The notes: a model not told the origin generated them from the sequence alone. A DNA stretch of 64,000 nt from Candidatus Woesebacteria bacterium (GCA_021208605.1 JAJOJK010000017.1:17872-81871); one strand, 5' to 3'. Shown: positions 9,069 through 17,405, counted from the first letter of the stretch. Numbers and translations: made by a program.

Positions 9069-9584
9069 ATGAATGAAGCTAAATTTGGACAACTCTCTGT
9101 GGATGGTAAAAAATACGATGCAATTTGGGTAGAAATAGATGGAAAACCTGTAGCAAAACTCTTTTATGTTGAAATTGATGAAGAAACAATCTTAACCAAT
9201 AGAGAAACTGATGAAGAGTTCCGACGACAAGGATTACAAAAAACAATTTCAGCAGCATTATTGCGTTTCATGACTGAACACAATTACCGGTACATTCAGA
9301 GTTCTATTCCTATAGATAACCTAGCATCAATTGCAAATAGACTGTCACTCAGAGTGCCTGGTACAAAACATGTCTTTGAAACCAAAGTATCTGAAAGAGC
9401 CTTAAATCGTTTGAATGAAATAGCGAAATCGAGTCAAAAAAGATATCCTGAAAGTATAGTTTTTATTACTGACATAAAAAGTGTCGTACCAAATAACCAT
9501 TCTTTATGGGAAAAAATTCTTGATGCACAAGAGTATCTTTCAGAGAAGCGCTATTCTTACGACAACAAAAATCAAACTTCTTAA
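9069..9584 (+). CDS. hypothetical protein, possibly acyl-CoA N-acyltransferase-like
   Basis: Weak GNAT-like RRQGLQKTISAALL segment only. Confidence 0.3.
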   Translation: MNEAKFGQLSVDGKKYDAIWVEIDGKPVAKLFYVEIDEETILTNRETDEEFRRQGLQKTISAALLRFMTEHNYRYIQSSIPIDNLASIANRLSLRVPGTKHVFETKVSERALNRLNEIAKSSQKRYPESIVFITDIKSVVPNNHSLWEKILDAQEYLSEKRYSYDNKNQTS

Positions 9585-9668
9585 CAAGTCTTGTGTAGTA
9601 ACCTGGAGGATTTAGTGTGAGATTATTATAGCGTCGAACCGGTTCCAGACCCCGCTCTCCGCTCTTGG

Positions 9669-10088
9669 TTACTTCGTTAAATCAATAAATTGCACACCTT
9701 CAAAAAAAAGCTTTACTGCAGCTGCATGACCAGGAAGAACTTCTTGTAAATGAGCTGGATCAAACCACTCCCAACCCTCACATTTTCCTGGTTCACAAAG
9801 TGTCACTTCTTGATCATGAACCTCTGCTTGAAAAACAAAATGTACGAAATCATATGCATCTTGGTTTTCACGAACGATACCTAGAAATGTGAAATCTAGG
9901 CCTGTTAGTCCGGTTTCCTCCATTACCTCACGAGAGATAGCATTAGTCACTTTTTCATTCAACTCAATTCTTCCACCTGGCAAACCGTAGAAACCTGCTT
10001 TATAGCTATTCTTTCTCTTTCCAAGCAGAATTTCATTCTTTGAATTGGTAAGTACAGCACAAGTGCCAATTGGTTGATGTTTGCTCAT
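9669..10088 (-). CDS. NUDIX hydrolase (1 of 3 in the window)
   Basis: Nudix box GLPGGRIELNEKVTNAISREVMEETGL. Start refined to MSKHQ, placed 6 nt after TATAAT (leaderless). Confidence 0.75.
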   Translation of the reverse strand: MSKHQPIGTCAVLTNSKNEILLGKRKNSYKAGFYGLPGGRIELNEKVTNAISREVMEETGLTGLDFTFLGIVRENQDAYDFVHFVFQAEVHDQEVTLCEPGKCEGWEWFDPAHLQEVLPGHAAAVKLFFEGVQFIDLTK

Positions 10089-10203
10089 ACAAGTATTATA
10101 TCGGTCAAAAAAGTTCCAATTTCGCACCACTATTTCCGCCATCCCCAGTTAACACTTACACCGCGTATGAAGAACGCATTTTTTCTCAAGGAAATGATGC
10201 TAC

Positions 10204-11163
10204 TCAATCTGCTGCATCGGGAAGTGACGTCATTGTTTTCCTACTGAGTATGTTAAAGAAATCCTGCCGAAACTGTGAGTCATCGATCTGGACCACGACA
10301 TCAGCATTCGTTTTTCCTACTTTATGTGGTCGTTTTTCAGCAACGCTCATGCCAAAAGTGTGTTCGCCTTGGGTTTCAATTACGAGATCCATTGCTTTTA
10401 AGGTAAAAGCATGTGGATTCAGTAAGTAGTATGCAGCGAGAGCATCGTATACGAGAATTCCGGTGGTACCTTCATCTGAAGTTAAACCGCCAAAAAAATG
10501 TTCCATCATGGGAATCAAGATTGATTGGAGTCTCTCATTCTGTACTTTTCGGAAATCATCGACCTGAAGAATGACTGTATTACACACGTCAAGTGGAACC
10601 AGGACTTTCTGAACTTCGGCCTGAAAAACGTCATCAGCTGCCTCGGGATCAACAAAAAAGTTGAACTCAGCAACGCGGTTTTTATTCCCAGGAACATCTA
10701 TCGCACCGCCCATGATTACCAGTTGTTTCACTTTGCTTGAAAATTGTGAATCGAGTTGTATTGCCCGAGCAACATTACTCAGTGGTCCAAGTGCTAAAAT
10801 TGTTATTTCCTCTGGATTGGCAGTAACCAACTCAACCATTTTCTCAGGTGCATTTTGGGTAAGTCTGCAATCAGTACTCGAGGTATCAAATCCCGCCATC
10901 CCAGATTCACCGTGTACTACTGCGGTAACAAGTTTTCGTTTCAATGGTTCGTCAAAACCAGAAAAGATTGGAACCGGAGAACCAATCAAATCAAGAATTG
11001 CCTGTGCGTTTCTTGTTACCTTTTCAATCGTGGCATTACCAGCAACGGTGGTGATAGCCAGTACCTCAAATTGATCTGACAGGAGTGTCATCAAAATGGC
11101 TAGGGCGTCATCGTGTCCTGGATCGGTGTCGATGATAAGTTTTGGTTTGTTGTTTATTTGCAT
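10204..11163 (-). CDS. inosine-uridine-preferring nucleoside hydrolase family
   Basis: N-terminal DTDPGHDDALAI aspartate cluster. About 320 aa. Confidence 0.8.
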   Translation of the reverse strand: MQINNKPKLIIDTDPGHDDALAILMTLLSDQFEVLAITTVAGNATIEKVTRNAQAILDLIGSPVPIFSGFDEPLKRKLVTAVVHGESGMAGFDTSSTDCRLTQNAPEKMVELVTANPEEITILALGPLSNVARAIQLDSQFSSKVKQLVIMGGAIDVPGNKNRVAEFNFFVDPEAADDVFQAEVQKVLVPLDVCNTVILQVDDFRKVQNERLQSILIPMMEHFFGGLTSDEGTTGILVYDALAAYYLLNPHAFTLKAMDLVIETQGEHTFGMSVAEKRPHKVGKTNADVVVQIDDSQFRQDFFNILSRKTMTSLPDAAD

Positions 11164-12290
11164 AGTTTCTCCATGAGCGTTGAGAAAAACTCAACTGTTC
11201 GTTGATAATTTTTGATTGGAATTCGTTCTACGTTGCTGTGCCCGGTTTTTCCAAGCCCGCCTCCGAACATTAGTGCTGAGGGCTGATCGTATTGTTGCCA
11301 CATCATTTGTAAATCTAGGTAGCCCGTGTCTTGAGGATCTGACCAAGCCGTTTTATTCGTAGTGGGAACTATCTTTTCTATATCAGTTTTGGGTGTTATC
11401 CAAGCAGAGTAGTCATGTGTGATTTGCATGACTTCGAATTCAATCCTGTTCTTTGATGCAATATCACTCAGTTGCTTTTGTATAAACTGTGCCGTTACTT
11501 TCGGATTAGCCGGCCTGATATCAATCACACATTCACAAATATCTGGAATGATATTTCCGGCTTGGCCAACTTCTGTCAAAAATTCTCTTTGTAACGAGTC
11601 AGCCTTTTTCTGGCCACCAAAAATATAAGCTAAGTTTAAGCTCGTTTTTCCTAACTCAACGCTAGTTTGAGCATCTAAGATTTCCTTGAGAATAGCAACT
11701 AATCTGAATGTAGCATCAATTGCATTTCTTCCGTTCCCTTTGGCAGCGTGTCCAGACTTCCCAAAGACGCGAAGGCGTAACTCAATTAATCCGCGACAAG
11801 CATAGCCAACTTGGAGATCTGATCCATCTGCAGAAATGATTCTTTGTGGTTTTAGATCAGGGTACTCTTTTAAGAAACCCTTCATTCCCAGAAAGTCATA
11901 TTCCTCGTCGGCATACAGAACGATCCAAAAGTTATTAGCCTGAGGATTGTTTCGAGCTGCTAACAGCAAAGCAGCTAAACCAGATTTCATATCTGAGGCA
12001 CCGCGTCCCCAGATTTCACCGCCTTTCTCAATTGCTTGGCGCTGACTGGAGTCACTCGGTGCTACAGTATCCGTGTGTGCAAGAAAGAGAGTATCTGGAT
12101 TGCCTTTTTTGATGATGAGATTATATCGATCATTCCCAAGTGGTTGTTTTTCAATAGTTGCTGTCAACGTGTTTGCTACCCATTCTTCAATGTAATTCAC
12201 TAATTTTGTTTCATTTATACCCTGCTGATCATCAACATAGGAGGGTATTTCTATGAGTTGCTTGAGGAGTTCTATGGCTTCGTTGTTCAT
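11154..12290 (-). CDS. M20 family metallopeptidase (ArgE/DapE-like), paralog 1
   Basis: HTDTV, GRGASDMKSG, ADEEYDF. Overlaps its neighbours, so it is in an operon. Confidence 0.8.
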   Translation of the reverse strand: MNNEAIELLKQLIEIPSYVDDQQGINETKLVNYIEEWVANTLTATIEKQPLGNDRYNLIIKKGNPDTLFLAHTDTVAPSDSSQRQAIEKGGEIWGRGASDMKSGLAALLLAARNNPQANNFWIVLYADEEYDFLGMKGFLKEYPDLKPQRIISADGSDLQVGYACRGLIELRLRVFGKSGHAAKGNGRNAIDATFRLVAILKEILDAQTSVELGKTSLNLAYIFGGQKKADSLQREFLTEVGQAGNIIPDICECVIDIRPANPKVTAQFIQKQLSDIASKNRIEFEVMQITHDYSAWITPKTDIEKIVPTTNKTAWSDPQDTGYLDLQMMWQQYDQPSALMFGGGLGKTGHSNVERIPIKNYQRTVEFFSTLMEKLCK

Positions 12291-12958
12291 ACCATACCTT
12301 TCTTTTTTAATACATTGAGAGCACTGACAATATCAGGAGCAATAAAGTCCGCTTGAGTTTGCGCGTGTTTGGCAATTCGCAGAGTTTTCATCCCAATTTC
12401 TTTTGCCGGGAGGATGTCGGATTGCTCCTGGTCACCTATGGCTAAAATGGCTTTTGGTTCCAGGTTCCAATACTGTGCTAATTGGAGAAAAGCTGCAGGA
12501 TTGGGTTTACGGAGGTCAGATTCTCCAGTAAAGATTGCCTCGCCAAACAGGGATCGAATTTGAAGGAAATCCAATACTTTTTCGGTCCAAACTTGAGGAG
12601 CAGCGGTCAGTAGGCCGGCGCGTACGGATAACCCGGAGAGCAGCTGTGCTAAGGAATCGTTGTACTGCAGAAACCGTTCTGCGGGAACATTCCAAGTAGC
12701 AGCAAAGTATTCGTTTCGTGAGACGCCGAGCTCTTTTTCACAGGCAAGACTGATGTGCCCAGCATATTGCTTTTGAAGCTCCAGATACTTTTTTTCTGCA
12801 TCGTTTGCGGAAAGTGCACATTGTTTTTGTAAAAATGACAAAATATTAGCTCGAATGCACTGGCCAAACTGAGAAGATGCAAATGCACTCTCTTCGTTGT
12901 CATCAAATGCATAGAGAGTGCCATCCATGTCAAAAATGATGGCTTGGATTGTAGACAT
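12287..12958 (-). CDS. HAD superfamily hydrolase (phosphatase)
   Basis: FDMDGTLY (DxDGT) motif. Start MSTIQAI has SD GGAGG. The listed longer ORF reads through the leader and terminator. Confidence 0.75.
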   Translation of the reverse strand: MSTIQAIIFDMDGTLYAFDDNEESAFASSQFGQCIRANILSFLQKQCALSANDAEKKYLELQKQYAGHISLACEKELGVSRNEYFAATWNVPAERFLQYNDSLAQLLSGLSVRAGLLTAAPQVWTEKVLDFLQIRSLFGEAIFTGESDLRKPNPAAFLQLAQYWNLEPKAILAIGDQEQSDILPAKEIGMKTLRIAKHAQTQADFIAPDIVSALNVLKKKGMV

Positions 12959-12987
12959 ATGTATTCCTCCGTATTTCCTTTCTCCAT

Positions 12988-13010
12988 AAAAAAACCTCCC
13001 TTGCGGGAGG
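12988..13010 (-). terminator. intrinsic terminator/attenuator hairpin immediately upstream of the HAD gene RBS
   Basis: Minus-strand CCTCCC-GCAA-GGGAGG followed by T7, and then GGAGAAAGGAAAUACGGAGG...AUG of the HAD gene. Confidence 0.7.
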
Positions 13011-13038
13011 TTGCTCTTGTAGTTTCTTTTCTTGCTTT

Positions 13039-13110
13039 TTACGGCATCACCAACAAACACCTCCCAGGGCGGTTAAACCAGAAATGATGGTGCATGTTGT
13101 TGGTTTGCAT
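13039..13110 (-). CDS. putative leaderless leader peptide uORF, 23 aa: MQTNNMHHHFWFNRPGRCLLVMP
   Basis: AUG 7 nt after TATACT. Stop UAA at 13041..13039. A paralogous uORF sits in copy 2. Translation is unproven. Confidence 0.3.
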   Translation of the reverse strand: MQTNNMHHHFWFNRPGRCLLVMP

Positions 13111-13157
13111 TGAAGGGAGTATATCATAGTATTTTTTTGGCTTATACTCTAAGGAGT

Positions 13158-13706
13158 ATGCAGCTCCTTCCAGAATTTCCTGATCGCTATTGGCTGAAGT
13201 TTTCCGAAGAACCGGTTGAGATCGTGCCGTATGATGCGCAGGCAAAAACCTTCGCCGCCGAGTATGAGCAAAAATTACAAGACTTGCTGAAAGAGTATCC
13301 GGTGCAGATCTATCACCGCGGATCGACTGCACTAGAGATTGCTGGCAAGGGTGACATCGAAATTGGGGTGATTCCCGATCCAGAATATTGGTTTGAAATT
13401 ATTGTGTTTTTAGCGCAACAATTTCAAGGTTTGGGAAATCTAGACGAAGAATATGCGCGGTTCAATGATGTCAAAGACGGATTTGACATCGAAATTATAC
13501 TCATGCGCGGATACACTGCACTTCTCGATAGGCGTTTGCATGACTTTTTGCGTGGGAACGCATCTTTGCTGCAGGAATACGAACGGATAAAAAAGGAATT
13601 TTGTTTTTCGCAGCGTGAGTATAATCGGCAGAAGGATGTTTTTTTTCGTAAGGTGATAACTCAGATTCCTGAATATTCGCGCTGGGCAACAAGTTCCGAT
13701 TTTTAG
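13158..13706 (+). CDS. GrpB family protein (nucleotidyltransferase-like)
   Basis: HRGSTALEIAGKGDIEIGV and the general GrpB/UPF0157 pattern. Start MQLLPEF has SD TAAGGAGT. Confidence 0.5.
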   Translation: MQLLPEFPDRYWLKFSEEPVEIVPYDAQAKTFAAEYEQKLQDLLKEYPVQIYHRGSTALEIAGKGDIEIGVIPDPEYWFEIIVFLAQQFQGLGNLDEEYARFNDVKDGFDIEIILMRGYTALLDRRLHDFLRGNASLLQEYERIKKEFCFSQREYNRQKDVFFRKVITQIPEYSRWATSSDF

Positions 13707-13746
13707 TCCTCTTTGCCCCTATCCGTCAACGAAAACCAAGATACAA

Positions 13747-14367
13747 TTGAAAACTATGTCTCACGAATCAGCTCGAAAAATGTGGAATAGCGATGCACCA
13801 AACTGGGTTGATCACCAGCATCTTGGGAGTATTGCTCCGGTAATAGAATCCTTTATTTGCAGGCATTCTGCACAAGTATTGCAGGTGACGCCGCGCAACT
13901 CACGAATAGTTGATCTCGGAACGGGAGCTAATACAAAAGCGTATTTTCCTGCTTCTGCTCACCCGAGAATTATTGGCCTTGATTTCTCCAGTGAGATGCT
14001 ACGACTCAATCCGCTGCCGCAAAAGACTGTGGCAGAGATGTCAGCACCTCTCCCATTCGCAAGGGAATCTTTTGGGCTCGTAACTTCTTTTTTGGCCTGG
14101 AGATATTTGAGTTCAGAAGAGCATGCGGCTCTTATTCAAGAAATGTACAGAGTTCTTTTGCCATACGGAACTGTCCTGCTTATTGATTTACTGAAAAACA
14201 ACTGGGAGCATCAGAAGTCAGAATTTTCACCTGACTGGAATGCACAACACCTCCGCACTGCCGGATTTAGCGTGCGTACTGCTTCCACCGAGAACGTACG
14301 ATCTCCATTAGGATATACACTGCGCTACACAGCGGAGCTGGGAGTAGTAGTGGCTCGCAAAGCGTAA
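13747..14367 (+). CDS. class I SAM-dependent methyltransferase
   Basis: VDLGTGAN motif I, acidic motif II GLDFS, and PYGTVLLID. Confidence 0.55.
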   Translation: MKTMSHESARKMWNSDAPNWVDHQHLGSIAPVIESFICRHSAQVLQVTPRNSRIVDLGTGANTKAYFPASAHPRIIGLDFSSEMLRLNPLPQKTVAEMSAPLPFARESFGLVTSFLAWRYLSSEEHAALIQEMYRVLLPYGTVLLIDLLKNNWEHQKSEFSPDWNAQHLRTAGFSVRTASTENVRSPLGYTLRYTAELGVVVARKA

Positions 14368-14397
14368 AAGGGAATATTTCTCTGGTTTATTTGTGGG

Positions 14398-14598
14398 CTA
14401 CGGTTGACTCTTAATTCTCCGAATAGTGTGCCGATTGATCCAGGATTCATCTACGTAGAGATCAAGGCCATCCTCAGTTTCAAGCCGGACTAACAGTGTA
14501 TTGCGATCAGCAAGAGTTCCAAAGCCTGTTTTGTATGGTGTTGTGAGTGGTAGGGCAACTTCCAACAAATCTGTTCTGACTATTTTTGAATTACGCAT
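14398..14598 (-). pseudogene. truncated N-terminal remnant of an enolase-superfamily (MR/MLE, dipeptide epimerase-like) gene
   Basis: MRNSKIVRTDLLEVALPLTTPYKTGFGTLADRNTLLVRLETEDGLDLYVDESW matches the MR/MLE N-terminal domain pattern but stops after about 67 aa. The ATG overlaps the M20 stop (ATGCGTAA). Confidence 0.5.
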
Positions 14599-15703
14599 AC
14601 ATTTCTTCCTCCACATCCCGCAAAAACCTCCGCAGTCCCTCATAAAACGCCATCGTCGATTCTACATCCAGCCACTCGCTTTCCATATGAATATCTCCAC
14701 CGTGGGGTTTAATCATGAGAATTGGTATGTCAAATGCCGCAAAGTGTCTGGCATCCGAACCGCCATGGGTGGGTTTGATTTGTATCTTTTGCTGGTGCGT
14801 TGTTTCCAGTACTGCCAGGAATTTTTTAACGATCGGGAGTTCCGGATCGGTGGCAGTTGGAAGACCAGTTGCCAGCGGTGAGAAAGTGACCCGATTTTGG
14901 AAAGGTTCACACATTTCTGTGAGTTCATCCACTATGCGCTCGAAGCTGTCGGTTTCTGGATAGCGGAAATCAATCTGCAGGGTAGCACTGTCACAGACTT
15001 GGTTTGTGGAAATGCCGCCAGAAATTTTTCCAAAGTTCACGGTAGTTACCCAGCCTTCGGTGGCGTTATTGGCAGCGTAGCGTTTTTCTAACTTAGTTAT
15101 AATATGAGCCAGTGGAGTGATGGCATTTTCCCCATCCCAGAGTCTGGAAGCATGCGCTGATGTTCCAGTTGACTCAACCACAAATTGCGCCACACCCTTG
15201 GAGGCATGAACAAACTGAAGATTGTCACCACCATCAGGCACAATCAGTACTTTTGGTCGCCATTGTGCGGTTTCTGCCAGGTGCGCCGCGCCGTCAAGGC
15301 CGCCGATTTCTTCGTCAGTAGTAACAACGAATGAGAATTGAAGCGGGCTCTTGTTTTCGATCAATTCGTTCAGGAGGGCAATGCCGAGTGGAATTGAAAA
15401 CTTCATGTCGCTCACCCCACGGCCAAAGATCTTGTTTTCTTGCTGAGTCATGGTGAACATTTTTTCAGATGCCGCTACGACATCAACGTGCACGAGATAT
15501 CCGATATCTGGTTGCAGTGTGTCTGAATTACTGGCAATGAGTATTTTTGCTTTAGCATTTTCAATGACTCGTACGTTTGCTTGCGGCGAGAGCAGCGTGC
15601 GAATATATTCGATTGCCTGTTGATTCGCAGTCGTGTCAGCGGTGACTGTGGGGATAGCTACCAAGTCTGATAGCTGATGCAAAAATGTATCTTTGTGTAA
15701 CAT
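14591..15703 (-). CDS. M20 family metallopeptidase, paralog 2
   Basis: HVDVV, GRGVSDMK, TTDEE. Start MLHKD with SD GGAGAAAGGA. Confidence 0.8.
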   Translation of the reverse strand: MLHKDTFLHQLSDLVAIPTVTADTTANQQAIEYIRTLLSPQANVRVIENAKAKILIASNSDTLQPDIGYLVHVDVVAASEKMFTMTQQENKIFGRGVSDMKFSIPLGIALLNELIENKSPLQFSFVVTTDEEIGGLDGAAHLAETAQWRPKVLIVPDGGDNLQFVHASKGVAQFVVESTGTSAHASRLWDGENAITPLAHIITKLEKRYAANNATEGWVTTVNFGKISGGISTNQVCDSATLQIDFRYPETDSFERIVDELTEMCEPFQNRVTFSPLATGLPTATDPELPIVKKFLAVLETTHQQKIQIKPTHGGSDARHFAAFDIPILMIKPHGGDIHMESEWLDVESTMAFYEGLRRFLRDVEEEMYA

Positions 15704-15716
15704 ATTTCCTTTCTCC

Positions 15717-15744
15717 AAAAAAAAACCTCCCAGGTGGGAGGTGG
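15717..15744 (-). terminator. intrinsic terminator/attenuator hairpin immediately upstream of the M20-2 RBS
   Basis: Minus-strand CCACCUCCC-ACCU-GGGAGGUGG followed by T9, then GGAGAAAGGAAAUAUG. Confidence 0.7.
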
Positions 15745-15771
15745 ATTCTTGTTTCTTTTTGTTCTATTGCA

Positions 15772-15837
15772 CTACAAACAAGCACCTCCGCGGGTGGTCA
15801 TAAACCAAATAAGGGCGTAGCAGTTGTTTGTATGCAT
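15772..15837 (-). CDS. putative leaderless leader peptide uORF, 21 aa: MHTNNCYALIWFMTTRGGACL
   Basis: Same -10/N7/AUG geometry as copy 1. The peptides share M-x-T-N-N, WF and C-L positions. Confidence 0.3.
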   Translation of the reverse strand: MHTNNCYALIWFMTTRGGACL

Positions 15838-15920
15838 TGTGGGGAGTATAGCACAGTAGTTACGCGTTCAAAATGAAAACATATCCGGATTTGTAAGCGT
15901 TATTGTATAATACACAACTT

Positions 15921-16784
15921 ATGAGAAAGGTAGAATCCCAATTTTCAGTTGTGGTGCCAGTATCAAATGACTTATCCGTGAGGGAATATGCAAAGAGTGT
16001 TTCTAGTGCGCGTGAATTTGATTCTACTGAGCATGTGTTTGTTCAAAATGGCGTGAGTGATGCTGTTCGGCAAATAACGGATGAATTTGCTAATGACTAT
16101 TCCAACCATCGGAATATACAAATACTGGAAAAGGGAATTCAAATCTCTAGAAACATAGGTATATCTCAAACGAGCTGTGAATGGATTGTTAATTTAGATT
16201 CTGATGTACAAGTGAATCGTCGTTTCTTTGAGGCACTGCGTATCGCTATTGAAGAAAATCCTGGAGTAGAAGTTTTGGTTCCGCGTTTGTTGAGAGATGA
16301 GGGACAGAGTTTCTTACAGAGAATGACTTCAGCGCATTTTACAAACCTCTCTCGTCGACCTAAACCGCCGGTGCACAATCCAGGACTTGTGGTGAGGCGG
16401 ACCGTGTATGAGGATGTTGGATTACTAGATACGCGATTTAAAAACGGAAATGACAATGATTTTAAGCGGAGAATTAAGGGAAAGAAGACTATAAATGTAC
16501 CGGGTGCTGTGGTTTTTCATAAAGCAGATCCAGACGCAAAACTCATGAAACAGCATTTCAAGTATGGTCGCGACCGATCACGAATATCCCGTCATGGTCA
16601 CCCAGAAGATAGAAAAGCCATTTTAGGAGATAGGATAAGTAAAACGCTTTTATTCCCAAAATTTATTCAGTTTTTACCTTATGGTTTCAAAGTGGCCAGC
16701 TACGAAACAGTACTCGGTTTTATTTCAGCGGCTGGGTTTTGGTATCAAGAAGGAATGCGTATTTTAGGTAAGGAGTTGTTGTGA
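15921..16784 (+). CDS. glycosyltransferase family 2
   Basis: VVVPVSND and a DSD (DxD) motif. Start MRKVESQ lies 9 nt after TATAAT. Confidence 0.7.
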   Translation: MRKVESQFSVVVPVSNDLSVREYAKSVSSAREFDSTEHVFVQNGVSDAVRQITDEFANDYSNHRNIQILEKGIQISRNIGISQTSCEWIVNLDSDVQVNRRFFEALRIAIEENPGVEVLVPRLLRDEGQSFLQRMTSAHFTNLSRRPKPPVHNPGLVVRRTVYEDVGLLDTRFKNGNDNDFKRRIKGKKTINVPGAVVFHKADPDAKLMKQHFKYGRDRSRISRHGHPEDRKAILGDRISKTLLFPKFIQFLPYGFKVASYETVLGFISAAGFWYQEGMRILGKELL

Positions 16785-16801
16785 GTCATTATTTGATACT
16801 G

Positions 16802-17377
16802 TTATTTTTGTAGGAACTCCATCAACTGCCGCCGGCAATCATTTTTTGTTTGGCTGGCAATGTGTTGGTGCCACTCTTCGTTGGAAATTTCTGCCAAGGT
16901 TTTTCCAGGAAATTCAGCGGGAGAGTAGATCAGTAAAAGTTCTGTCCAGCCGCGTAAATTTTCTCCACGCGGTTCGTGGACGATTACCCCTGGTTCTTCA
17001 TCCATGAAGTAGTGATCTTGTTGGCCGTCGAATAAGCCGAGAGTAGAAATAAAACTGGCGCGACGGTCAGTTTGATCTTCCATCAATTTCAAAATGCCGC
17101 CAATTCCCAGTGTTTGTAGTACCGGTTTAACAAGTGGCCCCGGAAAACCATTGAGCGCGGGAATAGAAAACCCGCGGTCGTCAACGAGAACCGCCTTTCC
17201 TGGTAGGAGTTTTTTTGCTTGCTGAAGTTTGTGTCGAATGATTGCCTCACCGGTCATGAGTTGCAGTTCGTTCAGTTCAGTGGAATGCTGTTTCAGTGCT
17301 ATCGGCAGTTGTTGGAAGCGTCGCGCTAAACTGTCAAACTTCGCTTGATTGGTAGTAACGAAGAAAAGTTCTTGCAT
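16802..17377 (-). CDS. rdgB: non-canonical purine NTP pyrophosphatase (Ham1/RdgB/ITPase family)
   Basis: FVTTNQAKF and VDDRGFSIPALNGFPGP motifs. Start MQELFF is 6 nt after TACAAT (leaderless). Confidence 0.65.
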   Translation of the reverse strand: MQELFFVTTNQAKFDSLARRFQQLPIALKQHSTELNELQLMTGEAIIRHKLQQAKKLLPGKAVLVDDRGFSIPALNGFPGPLVKPVLQTLGIGGILKLMEDQTDRRASFISTLGLFDGQQDHYFMDEEPGVIVHEPRGENLRGWTELLLIYSPAEFPGKTLAEISNEEWHQHIASQTKNDCRRQLMEFLQK

Positions 17378-17405
17378 GGGGGTATTGTAGCGCAACGAAT
17401 ACCTT

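Larger units (their letters stand above)
12959..13126 (-). promoter_or_regulatory. leader element copy 1: extended -10, leaderless uORF, long helix, A-rich spacer, terminator (candidate attenuator or riboswitch)
   Basis: TGaTATACT at 13126..13118, N7, AUG at 13110. Helix ACCAACAA/TTGTTGGT. Homologous to the 15704..15853 element. Confidence 0.55.
15704..15853 (-). promoter_or_regulatory. leader element copy 2 (homolog of 12959..13126)
   Basis: TGTGcTATACT at 15853..15845, N7, AUG at 15837. Helix TGCA.TACAAACAA/TTGTTTGTA.GTGCA. A-rich spacer and terminator. Confidence 0.55.

Noticed and set aside
12649-12987. 112-aa ORF starting MEKGNTEEY
   Set aside because: It starts inside the RBS region (GGAGAAAGGAAAU) after the terminator and is out of frame with the HAD gene. 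The HAD start MSTIQAI has a proper SD.
12959-13126. Assignment of the twin leaders to a known riboswitch class (ZTP, fluoride, purine, preQ1, guanidine)
   Set aside because: There are partial look-alikes: AACCGCC with GAUGCC as in fluoride, CCGUAAA as in the purine L3 loop, and CCGCCCUGGGAGG as at the ZTP 3' end. These are present in only one copy and not conserved in the other, and the overall architectures do not match.
13039-13332. 97-aa minus ORF reading through the GrpB gene start
   Set aside because: Only its last 23 codons (the leaderless uORF beginning at the -10/N7 AUG) are considered meaningful. The upstream extension crosses the promoter and the divergent gene.
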